From NCBI GenBank assembly GCA_964187785.1, contig OZ076413.1:49912001-49976000 (forward strand): a DNA stretch of 64,000 nucleotides, given 5' to 3'. Below the pieces are notes generated by a model. That model was not told the origin of the DNA. It ran no database searches and saw only the letters and a list, made by a program, of their open reading frames with translations. This document shows positions 34,772 through 46,899 of this stretch, in pieces (the stretch's first letter is position 1; each line of letters begins with the position of its first letter). Source of the DNA: Amphiscolops sp. MND2022 (taxonomy: Eukaryota). The translations under genes and the position numbers were made by a program.

Positions 34772-35659
34772 GTAGATTGAGATTTAGTTAGTCAAGCTGT
34801 TTTTGAACGGCAAATGATCGTTTGAATTTTTTTCTGTGTTTTTTCCTTTTTTTCAATGGTTGATTTCCACTCCTTGGTTTCGGTTCGCCTTGACCTCTTG
34901 AAAACGTTTTGCTTCCGTCTGCGCTGTGATTGGCCAAAAAATCAAAAGAAGAATTTTGATTTACTCTTCGTTTTCTTCAGTTATGTCGTTATGACGTCAT
35001 CAGCTTTCCTTCGGAGAAATTATGTCCACGTGAGGTAATTTTTGAAGTCATTTTTCTTCAGGATTTTTCTTAGAATTTCTTAATCAACTTTAGATTCACT
35101 GTATGATTTTTGAAAACGTTTTCTTTCCCACAGCCACTTGATAGGCTTTAAACGAAGCTGAAAGGAGGAATTTTTTTTCTTTTTCCAACTACGTTGAACT
35201 ATTGTTATCAATCATCTTTGAAGCGTTACGCTTCCAGGACGTTCCTTACACGTTGTAGTTTTGTTGGCTTTTTCCTTAGTTTTCTTTCTTCTTTTTAGAT
35301 TGCATTGAAGATAACTGCTGTTTTTTTGTCCTCTCTTTGTGATGAATGAAGGTTCTGATCTTCCCGCTCTCACTCCTGCTCCTAAGGCTGGATTTGTCAG
35401 AGGCAAGGAAACAAATTTTCCCTATCCCGATGGTGACGTGTTGTCTTCGGAGTCGGAAGTTGTGTATCAAACGTAAGGTTGGTAAAATCTTTCTGATTTC
35501 CATGGGTACTTGGAGTGTTGTTTTTTGTCATCAGCCATTTCAGTCTTTCCCGATTACCTGACGTGCCTGAATCCAGATCTTGATTTTCAGTACATCAACC
35601 TGGTTCTTCCGTTGCGGTTACGTCACTCGCTGCTCCTTGCGAAGTCACCAAACCACAAA

Positions 35660-38590
35660 CCGTGGCGTTGCCTTTAGTGTCTTTTCTGTTGGAGAAAGTA
35701 CTTCCTCCTACCACTGAACTGGGCAGTTCTGTAACTAATGTTGCCGTTGACCCTCATGGAGGTGAGGGTGTCGCCCCCTCCCCCGCTGAAGGAAAGGAAA
35801 GTGGCGTAATTGAGACTTGTTCCGAACGTCAGTCAAGCGGCGAGTTTGTTGTGCGGTCTTTGGGAATCATTTTGCTTGGGGGGGAATTTTGTCTGCAGGT
35901 ATTCAAAGAATATCCTCCTTCATTGTTGGTTGTGTTGTTTTAGAAGCGTCGGCACCTATTTGTGAGGGTGTGAGATTTAAAACGCCTCCCAAACGTCCAA
36001 GGAGAAGCAATCGACCGCTTTTGGAGAGTTCAAGTGACGATGACGTTGCGGTTCCTAGTGCTGATGTGGGGGGCCACGGCAGTGGGTTCTTCTGATATTG
36101 TCCGTTTCAGTCAAGAGTTGGTTACTAAGGTGGAGGAGCGGACCTTGCAGAGTATCGAAACGGAAAGGTTAATTTGAATGTTTTGGTTGTTTTGGCTGTG
36201 TTGGCTGTGTTTGTCGTTTTTTCCTTGCTTCGCCATGGGGGAGATTTTTCATTCCTTCGTCGACTGTGGGAGCTCTTTCTGGCTTCGATGGGTGGACGTG
36301 ATCCAGAATTTTAATTAAAGTGGAGTAGATCGGAGACTATCGTAAGTACTCGTTCTTTGTTGTGTTGCTATGATTTGTTTTTCCCCTTTTCCTCTTTTAT
36401 CAAGTGTCTGGTCTTGTTATGTTCTGTGAAAGCATAGGTGGATCGGTTTTTTGTTGCGTCTTTTATGATTGTGGTTTTTGTTTTAGTCGTTTCTTTGTCG
36501 TGGGCTCGTTCCGCGGGTATTACGTTTGATACTAATTGATGTGGCATCCTTTCGGGATTACAGTCTGCAGGGATGCAGGCGTTCAGCGCTGCTTTGTTCT
36601 TTGCTGGGAAGATAATTTCCTGAAGAAACTGTGTTGGTTGTGAGTCCGTAGAGCAATCGAAGCCAAAACCGGATCTGATTCCTTTAGCTCGCGTGGTTTG
36701 TAGCTTACCAACAGAGTAGTTTCCTTTATCCCTACTTGGTGGAAGTCCCTCTTGGTACGTGTTTTGGGAGACAGTCGGACTGATGGGCGTCGATTTGTAC
36801 AGTACCAAGTCTTCACGAAAGAGGTGTTGATGCAGGGCGTTCGTCAAGCGTATGTGGTTGTGTTCAGCATGGTAGAGGTGACAACCCTTGTGGAAATTTG
36901 TGTCCATCGACTAACTGTGCCCTGTACGAGGATTGGACGGAAAATCGCTCTGTTCTTCGAAAAAACATCCGTCAAGGATTTGTCGATTTCGTGGGTTTGC
37001 GGTGCATTCTGACGACGGATCTGATTTATCTTCGGTCCTCCATCCGACCCTACATTCAATGCACAGGAAACCCAGAGGCGAAGAACAAAGTAGACAGGGC
37101 TGGTAGCTTAGTTTTGTGATTCGTTTGGTTTCGTAGGAATGTACACGTTGTCACCGCTGCCATGAGAATTTTTGGTATTGCGATTGTATTCTGTTTAACT
37201 GAAGGGTACTGACTGGATCCTGGTCTCCGATAACATAATAAGGCATCGGTTCAGGCTATTGAGATTGATTCTCGATACTTGTAAGTACGGCTCGTTTTTG
37301 CTATTGTGATTGTGCAAGTTCTTGTTGCGTTTATTTGACTAGTGGTTTGACTGTGTCTTCCATGTGATTGTTCTGCCCTGGCTACATCCGTATTGTGATA
37401 TGTTATTGTGTTTTAGTTGATATCAATTTTGTGAAGATGTGGCAGAATCGCAGTGATTACACTTTCCCTTGTTATGAGGATTTGTGTAATTTCGTTTATT
37501 GTCTCCTGCTGAAAATTCGTGAGTTGGATTGTCTCCCTAATATTCATGATTAGGATGAGTATATATAAACTCCCTCTTTTCTCCGTTGTTACCGCAGAGT
37601 CATTCCTTGTTAATTACGAGCTTGGGAAGGAACTGTCCGACGGACAGACGTCAGAATTTCGTTTGCGGAGTAGAGAGTTTGTGGATCGGCTGATTGTGTT
37701 TCTGGTAGAAAATTCGTGTGGCAAATCTGTTATTGCCAAAAGGTTTTATAGTATCTGTCCCGAGTTATTATTAGAGGGCGATAACAGTACTGCTTTCGAG
37801 CTGTTTACGGAGCTGGGTTTTAATCTTGTTGGTTGCGCAGTGCTAACTTCCGATGAGGCAAAAGCATCTGTGGAAGAATACACGAGTTATGTTGTGGAAA
37901 CGCGTAGATATCACAAGCGTTCCGGGCAGGCTGCTAGTGGTAATGCTTATGTGATTCAATATCTTCTGCGGGATTTCAGTTTTCAAGCCCGTCACCGGCT
38001 ACTACGCGTATTCAAGTTGTGTTGCCTCGTCATTGGTATGCCGCGTGAAAAATATCATGTCGTTTCGTTGGATCTGAGTGGATGTAGCTTCAAGATGGAG
38101 AAATTTGAGAGCTGTGTGCGCCTTGTGCAGTCTTATATATTGAGTGCTGGGTTTTCGCACCAAACGTTTTTCACAGATCCAACTTTGAATGCTGTAAGAG
38201 GAGCCATTGCCGAGGCTGGGGTGTTTTTTGGGAGATCCAATTTTTGCATTTGGGGAGGAATTTAATGGACTAGTATGGATTCTTTTGTCGCTCAGTTTTG
38301 CAATTTATACAGTGCTGTTATCGCAAAGCAACGTGCTGCTCTCGATGTCCGATATACTGAGTGCAATAAGGCAAACCCACACCTCGCGTTACGTCCGGAG
38401 CTGGAGTGTCAAGGCCGAGTGGTAGTCTGGTATCGGTAGTTCAGCAGAAGAGGAGTGAAACGTCATCTGGGGGGTCAGCTAAATGGGAACGACTCCGAAG
38501 AAAAAAAATGTTGGCTCTAGTAAGTCGAAAGAAAAGAAACCAGTTAAGGATGTTGATCCGGTTGTGCAAAGGGTGAAGAAGACATAGTAT
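35660..38590 (+). pseudogene. Homolog of the antisense spliced gene (decayed)
   Basis: LRRLWELFLA...LKWSRSETI, intron 36342-36486, SFLCRGLVPRVLRL; DYTFPCYEDLCNFVYCLL; FRLRSREFVDRLI...CPELLLEG...VFKLCCLV. All align with 9093-13250. Confidence 0.8.
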
Positions 38591-38759
38591 ACATTTATGC
38601 CTCTTGAAGATGTTGTGAGTTTGTACTTTTGATTTTGTTTCATTGGTTGTGGTTATATTCTTTGTGATGAAGTTTTCTTTTTTGGCGCGCTAGTTGTCCG
38701 TGATATTTATTTTAGATTAGAAAGTTCAAAAAATTAACATAGACACTCCGGTTCGGTTT

Positions 38760-39340
38760 GGTATGCTGATCCTTTTCCTCTAGTGTTACGTTTGACGTAA
38801 GTCTTCCGTAGTAACTGAGTCTTGAATTCTGAAGTCCGGATTCACATTAGGTCTTGGGTTAGGTCGTAAGTTATATCTTACACAATTATAGGTGGTAATT
38901 CGGGAGTTTTGGGAGGGCTTTCTATAAGCGATGGAGTCAAAATATAGGGATTATAACTGACGTCCAGATTAAATGACATAACTTTGTCGGAGGATGTTTT
39001 ATCCCAATCAGAATTTTCAACTGTGGTTGTTTTTACCACTTCATTTTCCGTTGTAGTCGCGTCATCTTTTGGTTTGTCCGTGATTTCTGTGATTATAGTT
39101 TCTTCAGGCGTGTTTTCCGTAGGCTTTTTGAACAGAACTTCTCCGAATTCGGTTTCCCAAGCTTGCGCGTACCAATTATCATGGGTTGTTTTAACCTCTG
39201 TATCTGGAAGATAATCTTCCCCGTCTGACAATTACGTCAGGTACTTGCTGATTGGGCGCATATAACCTTAGGCGAATCATATGGAGGGTTTGTGTGTACC
39301 TTGTGCCCGTTGTGCGCACGACGTAATTGTTGTTTGAGAG
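38760..39340 (-). pseudogene. pol: pol 3' end (integrase C-terminal region) of the second element
   Basis: LSNNNYVVRTTGTRYTQTLHMIRLR and YNLRPNPRPNVNPDFR match 8300-8837. Confidence 0.85.
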
Positions 39341-39433
39341 TTTGAAATTACTTGCAGTAACCGCGGCCGCGGATTCTGCCAAATCCTTTCACCCCAGAGC
39401 AGCAAGTAAAATCACGACGGCCACACGAATTTC

Positions 39434-40130
39434 CACTCAGTAACCAATTTTTCAATGTTTTGGTGTCTGATTTCGTTGTATAATTTGTAATTCAGAAAAC
39501 AGTGCGAGAATGTTTCTTCTGTAACTTCACAGTCACACATGCGTGAAGCTTTGTGGTATTTTCGTCAATCGTAACCAGCAAAGCTAAAAAGTTTCCCCAA
39601 AATGAGCTCACAGATCTTCCTATCTCGCTTGCTTCGTATCTTGAACGTTTCGAAAAAAGTAGAAAGACTGTTTGCAAAAGGGAGGCATAAAGACATAGAA
39701 GAAGAGTTGTTATCTTGTAGAGCAAAATCAATTTAGAAAAGGCCAGACTTCATTTGTTGTTAGAAAAGGACGAGATGATGTTGCTTTGCGTTTTGCTTGT
39801 CCAGTTGTTGTTGATGCAAGTTTTCTTGTCAAATCGTTCGTAACATGTCACTACAATTGAGCTGTTGTCTGCGACTTGGATTGAGCAAGTTTGGTTCGCC
39901 AGGATATCATTTTCGAATTAAAAAAAGAAGCAGGGGAAGAACGTCGTCGAAAAGCTGTTTGGAGAGGTGTTGACTGGCGGAAACGCTTGCTTCTGTGTTC
40001 AAACTTCTCATTTCGTGTAAAGATTTTTTCTTAATTTCTGAGTAACCCGCTTGTTCAACAAACTTATCGTCGATGCCAGAATTGCACAGAAGCACAGAAC
40101 TGTTTTGAATTTCTCATTAGTAGTAGCATC
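39434..40130 (-). mobile_element. Decayed LINE endonuclease region split by the second Gypsy element (continues ~32002-31800)
   Basis: Weak APE-like stretches; NIEKLVTEW resumes as EIKTFISQ...KKPLPKPW on the far side of the TSD. Confidence 0.4.
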
Positions 40131-40399
40131 TGAGTTAATTCCTTCTTTCACTAAACAAAAACATATCTATAGAAATGAAAAACCTGCTTTATTAAACACG
40201 TTGTAACCCGAACTCAGCACCGACAATTCGGACAATTACAACGAATAAACAAAGCGCATGTATTATCAACAGATAGGTTTTGGACCCAGGCAAAAAAATG
40301 ACTTTGTGTTCGTTTTAAACAGATTTTCACAGTTGGTGATATATGCTTTATATCGGTTGAGAAAACAATCGTTAATATTGCTGTCCATTTGATGAATGT

Positions 40400-41640
40400 A
40401 CTGTTGAATTTTCAATTTATGAACTTGTAGGTAGGCGTCAGGTGGAAGCGCCGTCTTTCATTGCAGAAACAGTGAAAAAAATCATTGAACTGTAGATCAT
40501 AAAGACTATTTTAGAGTTTGTAGAAAAACATTGCGTCTCTGCGTGATATTGATAGGATATGGCAGATCTGGCGCTGCTGATGGTAGTCATTAAGACCTGA
40601 ACCAAACACCGACACATGTGATGCATTCCAACAAATTTTTCAGTGAAGTGATTGAAGGTGACCAACAGTGAGAACAATACAATAATATTTTTAATAACGC
40701 AGGAAGTGATTGAATTTTTCTTTACATTGATGATGACTGTGAAGGAAAATGTACGCCTCATGGAATGGAGATTTAGTAACTTGCGTCCAAATTCTCCCAG
40801 TGTTTTTCCTTGTTCTCGTTTTTGGAAAATTAAAACCAAGATCTTCGATAGTGAAGATTCTCCAATTTTGGTTTAAAAGACATTTGTGCTGCTTGGGAAG
40901 AACGTCTGAACAAAGGAGTGACATTTCGGGAAGTAGATACTCAGCTGAATTGTATCGCTCCAATCGGTCAAAGTAGCCAAAGTCAGCACTAAAAACTTTC
41001 GGAACATTTCTCAGTAAATTGGAATTGATCAGCAGAGAGGTAGACTTGAGGCCTAATTTGTTCTGGTAAAACGTTTATAAACATCAGGAACACCAGAAGA
41101 CCCATATGCTACCTTGAGAAACACCACTGCTAATGTGTTTAGCAGACGAGACGCTATTTCTGACTTTCACTCTTTGTACTCGATTTTGTAAATATGACGA
41201 AAACCGTTTCAGAAGACCATCGTATAGGCCAAACTTCGATAGACCATCGATAGCTACAGTGTCGAATGCTTCGGAAAAATCGAAGTGTATAGAACCAGGG
41301 GGGACAATCTGGTCAGCATTTCTGTATAATGTTTCTAAATATGTGATCAACTGATTACTAGTCCAGCGCTGTTATCTAAAACCATGTTGACAGTTGTTTG
41401 GAAGGATTGACTATCTCGGGTAGAAGAAATGAACAGTCTTTTTTCCAGAAAGAGAGAAAAGAGGTAGGATACTAATTGGGTGATAGTTTTCAACGTCTTT
41501 ACATTTTCCAGATTTAAGAATGAGTGTGATGAAATGTTTTATTCATCAGGCCATATAAGTTTTTTATCACGTTGTTATAATTTTGACAAACTAATGGTGC
41601 AATGACTTCAATACAGTCAAGGTTAATGAATGCTGGAATA
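40400..41640 (-). mobile_element. CR1/L2-like LINE RT fragments
   Basis: FDFSEAFDTV, SYLQNRVQRVKV, SGVSQGS. Confidence 0.65.
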
Positions 41641-41814
41641 CGGTTGATACTCAATGTAAAAAACTAGCCTTTACCAAGAAGATCAAAAACTGTTGAAAGA
41701 AAAATGACGACGTCTGAAAGGAAAATTGACAATTTAACTGTAGGTGTCATGATGGACAGAGTTGCGAAATTAAAAACTGACACGAAGTTTTTGCTGAATA
41801 CGTTCGCGAGGGTT

Positions 41815-43310
41815 CTCAACGTTTCGACGACAGACGTTCCAGCAACAGACGTTCCGGCGATGACATGGCGGTGGACGTTCGGCGACAAAAGTATCGCCGA
41901 AACGTCCTCTAAAAAGCTAATAAACGAATTAACATCGGATTATGTTGACAGAATGGAATGTATGAAAACACAAAATGAATGGTTGTCAACAAAGTTTTTA
42001 AAACGATGTATACAGAACGAAATGTCTTGATAGCTGAGTAGCTGTAATAAGATTTCCACCATTTGATTTCACCGGTTTAAATTTCCTTCGACTATTCACG
42101 TTGATATTGGTACACATCCTTTGGTTAATAATTCCGCCGTTATCGTAACCAACTTTGCCTCTTTAGCAAGAAGCATTACCGACAGGTAAAACTTCACTGA
42201 GTTGCGTCCACGGATTTGAATTCAAACGTCTGTGATATCCTTCGCTATCACTGTTGCTTCGTGAGAGGCGGTCATAAACATTAGTATAAATAATATTCAA
42301 ACCAGGTACTATTATAGTATTCAAACAAAGCAGAAAAAAGTGGGTCAGCAATAAAAGACTTACATAAAGTTTCAAACTCGGGCTTTACGCAAACAACAGA
42401 GAGAAATATTGGGCTCAATTTTTTCTGACATACAACACGTGTCCCAGTATCATTCTGATAACGAATTCCCAAACCAAGCCAAAAGTTTGTCAATAATTAG
42501 CAAGACATTGGTGAATTGCACAACTTTTCATTTGAATGCTAGGGTATACAACACAAGAAGCACTCTGTAATGCCGCTTCAAAGTCGGCAATAATTTCCAG
42601 TGGAGAAAGTCTAGGTTCCAAATCATTTGCTTTCCGCAGAAAGGCCACATAATCGGATTTGCGACAGTTGTACATTAGAACATGTTTCCCAGTGAGGGAA
42701 CTTGTTTATACTTGCTACCACTTGGCAGCAGCTCCCAGTAGTTGTAGTTGCTCAGTAGTTATATAAGATGTCGTTGACCCCGAAGTTTAATATTCGCCTG
42801 CAAATAGCCAGCAACGCTCTCTTCGTTCATCTTGATAAACAAATCTGTTGGTTCTTCATAACGGTCGCTTTGACGTGCTTGATTGATGACTCGAACTAAT
42901 GCTGATGGTGTGGTTGATGTTAAAACTTTTCCCCGCATTTGCAGTTTTGGCAATGGATTCCGCTGGCTCAAAGACGTTCCGCTTTTCTCTGACTTGACTT
43001 GAACGATACACAATAGGTTTTTATGCTATTTCAATAACAAGTGACTGTGTGGAGTTGGTCCATGCTTGAAGTCAATTCCGTCCTGCACAATTGCTGCCTT
43101 GCAATAACATTTCGCGCTCCTTACACAACAGCACAACGCTATCACATTTTCTGACCAAGATTATTAGCGTGCTGCTTCGCATAACAATAACCGTCACTGG
43201 ATGCTAACAGGGAAGAAGACTTTTCAGCGACAGACATTCGGTGACAAAATGAGGGCAGACGTTTCGGAGACAACACTGTCGCCGAAACGACTTTGTCGCC
43301 GAAACGTCCT
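41815..43310 (-). mobile_element. Decayed MULE transposon (FLYWCH-like finger and MULE domain) with GACGTTTCGGCGAC arms
   Basis: IIADFEAALQSA, RSNSDSEGYHRRLN, upstream RCCVRSAKCYCKA...HSH; repeat arms at both ends. Confidence 0.75.
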
Positions 43311-44399
43311 CAAAATGCCAAAACAAAAATACTTCTTCATTAATTGCTTTGCTACAATAAAACGTGGCTTTGTATGTCCCCATTTCTTCCAGTGTTCTGC
43401 GGGCCCTTGGGGTAGGTTGTTTTCCCATCTTGCTAAGCGAGGTCGAACAGGAGCAAAGGCCTAGCGGGAACGTAGTGGGAGCTGGCCTATGCGACGGTGA
43501 GAGCGAGCGTGCGTACACCGTATATGAACCATATTATTTGGGGAAAGTACTGAAAGTATTTTAATCGCTTTTAGTTGTTATTCCTTTAGTTAGACGTTTT
43601 TACAAACGTTATTTCTGTTCCCCGTTTTTCGTTCTGGTTTTTAGAGGACGCATTGGCTACAAAGACGTTTCGACTACTGTGTTGTCGGTGGAACGTCTGC
43701 CGCCATTTTTCGCTGAAACTTCAGTCGCCGAAACATCCAGAAATCCTGTTAACATATCCACTCGCCTCCTAGTATCTTGTTCCAGAATATCAAGTTCCTT
43801 GAAGAAACATATACCTAACGACCCTGATTATACAAGTATCACAAGAAGTTTACAAATCAATTGATCATGATTTCTTTCCATCAGATGAGTTTTAGTTTTC
43901 ACGCATTAAAAAAACCAGGACAGTTTTTTGATGAAGTCCAACAAGTTTATCATAGCACTATGCCTTCATCTTATTATTAGTTCTTCAAGTGACCCATTAT
44001 CTATGTGCTCCTTTCGTAGACGTCTCCTCGTGGTTGCAGATACAGAGTGTTGACGGTATTCTTGATATTTGGTTTTGAAAGTCTCGTAATTTGCTTTGGT
44101 TTGTGAACATCTCAATAATCAATTTGGTAGCATGTTTGCTGAAAGACCTTGGTATGTCGATTCAGTTGGACGGACTTCTGGCAATATATTTCTTCGTCGG
44201 CGATCCCATATATCGAGTCTATACTGTTCACTGATTTGTTTTGTGTCTTTTTTACCCAAGCGACACATGAAAGTTTTGCAAAACCTCGGAGGCTGAATTG
44301 TAGTGACCTCGATACTTTGCTAGGGGAGTCTGATAAAGCTCTTGAGCACTGGTCAGAGTCAAAACCATTCTTCGGAGCAATATTAGCTGGTGATAATGG

Positions 44400-45900
44400 A
44401 ATCTCGAGATTAATTGGAAATTAGCTATATTTGCATTGCTTTTTGGTGCGCTCCTGTTTGTATTTGGTATTTGAGGCTTTCGATAATATCTTGAGCCATA
44501 AGCTGTTTGTTCTGATTGCAATGGGAATCGCCCAAATTTGACTCAAGTATGTCCACACGGGGATCACAACGTAATTCATTAGCTTCAAAATTGAGGAAGT
44601 CGTTATGGATTGATGCTGTACAAAAGGTTCCAGAAACGCTTATGGCTTTTTCTGCATTTTTGAGCATTTCTCGAATGGTGCTTGAAACTTCAATAAGTTA
44701 TCCGTTGTGATACCGACTGCTGTTAACTTTATGGCGATTTTGTGCTTCCTTGCAGCACTATCTACTTGTAGACTCTCGAATTTCTTAACAGATACTTGAG
44801 AAGAAAACAACTTCTGTTTCCGGCCTCGAGATTTCAGGACGCCACTTTCCAATCCATTTCCTCGCACTTTTTCTGAAAATGCGAGAGAGCTTCTTCCATC
44901 GAATCACCTGCTGAAACATCTGCTGCGTCTTTGGCGTACTTTTCAGTTTTATTTTTGCATTCTTGGAACATGTCTGCAATTTAGAAAAACAATAAAATTG
45001 GAGAAAGACTGCTTTCTTTTGGCTTGAAGCTTTCTAATCGGCTTTCGCATATTTTAATGTAAACGCTTCTGTTTCGGAGATAATGGTCATTGATGTTCAG
45101 AATGTAGCTGTATATTCCTGCCTCACGGAGGTTATACCGTCGGTTTCAATTGAGTCGAATGTTTTCTAGGGGTCGATGGTATAGGCAGCCGCTAATTTTC
45201 ATTTCACAATAATATTTTGAATATTGTTTATTAGTTTGTCAATACATCTGCCAGAGCTGCTTTTGTAACCTTCTTGGCTGTCATCAATCAGTGCCTTCGC
45301 TTTCAAGTCATTTCTTAAACGTCTCTCTATTATGCGTTCAAACAACTTTCCTGCGTAGGAAGTGAGTGTAACTGGTCTGTAGCTATTTGCGACTTTTTAG
45401 TCTTCTTTGTGAGGTTTTCGGAGAAAAATGACATTTCCCAAAATCCAAATGTATCTTCCTGTGTGATACAGAGGTTAAAAAGCTTGAGACAGGCATCTTT
45501 GAATAAAGTTCCGATGTGACGAAGCTTGAGTGGATAAATGCCATCTGGATCGAAGGACTTGTTGCTTGTTTGAGATTCCTTCAAATCGTTATCAAGCTCT
45601 TCTTCGCTTATCTGTGTGCACAGTCGTTGCACACTTTCCTTATGGAGATTTGCCGTGAGATTTCGCAGCCAAGATTCGTCAAACATATGTCTGTGAAAGT
45701 CAAGCGAAAAAGGTAATGGAAAGATGTTCAAAGTTATCAGCGTTACTGTCTGGAAATTTGCCATTTAAAACAAGACTTCCCATTGGTAGTGTTTCTCTGG
45801 TCCAAGTAAATAAACTTTTGGGACGTTGCTGGCGTTTAGAGTTTCTGCACAAAATATGTGGCCAAAAACATTTGGTTGTTGCAGTATCGAATTGCGATCT
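44400..45900 (-). mobile_element. Decayed LINE ORF2 fragments
   Basis: SFDPDGIYPLKLRH...LKLFNLC; YRPVTLTSYAGKLFERI. Confidence 0.6.
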
Positions 45901-46899
45901 TGTTTGCTAATGCCCCCACAACTTACTGCCAAAAAACTTATCTGTCACTCAAATTTTCAGCACAGAATATCCATCAACGCAAAAATGAAATATTGGCCCT
46001 ATTAAAACTAGTATTCCTCGCATAATTGCACGGTGTTGTGAACAGAAATTAGTCATGTCGAAAAGCATGAGTCTGCTTCCTTCCACACTTGTGTGAGCAG
46101 AACAAAGCGATCTTTTTCAACGTTTTTTAGTTACGCTACATGAACAAGCTGAGCCTCAAAAACATTTCGTCACCACCGAAAAACTGCTCACCTCGTAAAA
46201 TAGTTCGGTCCGAAATGATTACTGAAACAATAACTACCCATCAATTTTCACACCGGATGAAAAAACGATAACGTTTTTGGGGAGAGGGGCGGGGGGCGGG
46301 ATGAGGGCGCATTAGCAAACAAGATCTCTCGATTGGTTACACTTTCCATCTGAACCTCCTCGCCCCTGCTTGGATGATATTCCCCACATAGGACAATCGG
46401 TGTGTCATTTTCAATCAACTGAAAAACATTTTTTGAGTTATGTGATTATAAATAAAAAAGAACATTACAACAACAAAAACTTCAAGGACGTTTCAGCGGC
46501 AAAGTAGCCAACGTATCTATAGAGAGACGTTTCAGCGACACTTTTGTGGCCGAAACGTTTTGCGCCGAAATGTCATTCCCCGAAACGTCTGTCACCGAAA
46601 AATCTGTCGCCGAAACGTTTGTCGCAGAAACGTGTGTAGCCGAAACTTCTTGTTCCCGTTTGCGTTGCCTTTGTCGGAATAAACAATTTCTCCTCGTGTT
46701 TGGTTGTTCGGTCTTGGTTGTTTATCCTCGTTTTTGGTTGTTCGGTCTCCCCTCTGAAAATGAACATTGTAACAGGTGTCGTGTGCAGTACCTGCAGCAA
46801 AAAATCAGTGGCTCTGAAAAAAGTCTCATCAGGAAACAATGAAATCCGCTCCGCCCAAAGATGTTGTTAACCCTCTGGCAGAGTTTTCTGGGTAGGATG

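Larger units (their letters stand above)
32008..39428 (-). mobile_element. Second, divergent Gypsy element of the same layout, internally deleted
   Basis: Minus-strand order: ~90 bp LTR-like remnant, pol 3' end, antisense gene, acidic ORF, LTR ending AGTCGTAATA. Candidate 5-bp TSD ATTTC at 32003 and 39429. Confidence 0.78.
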
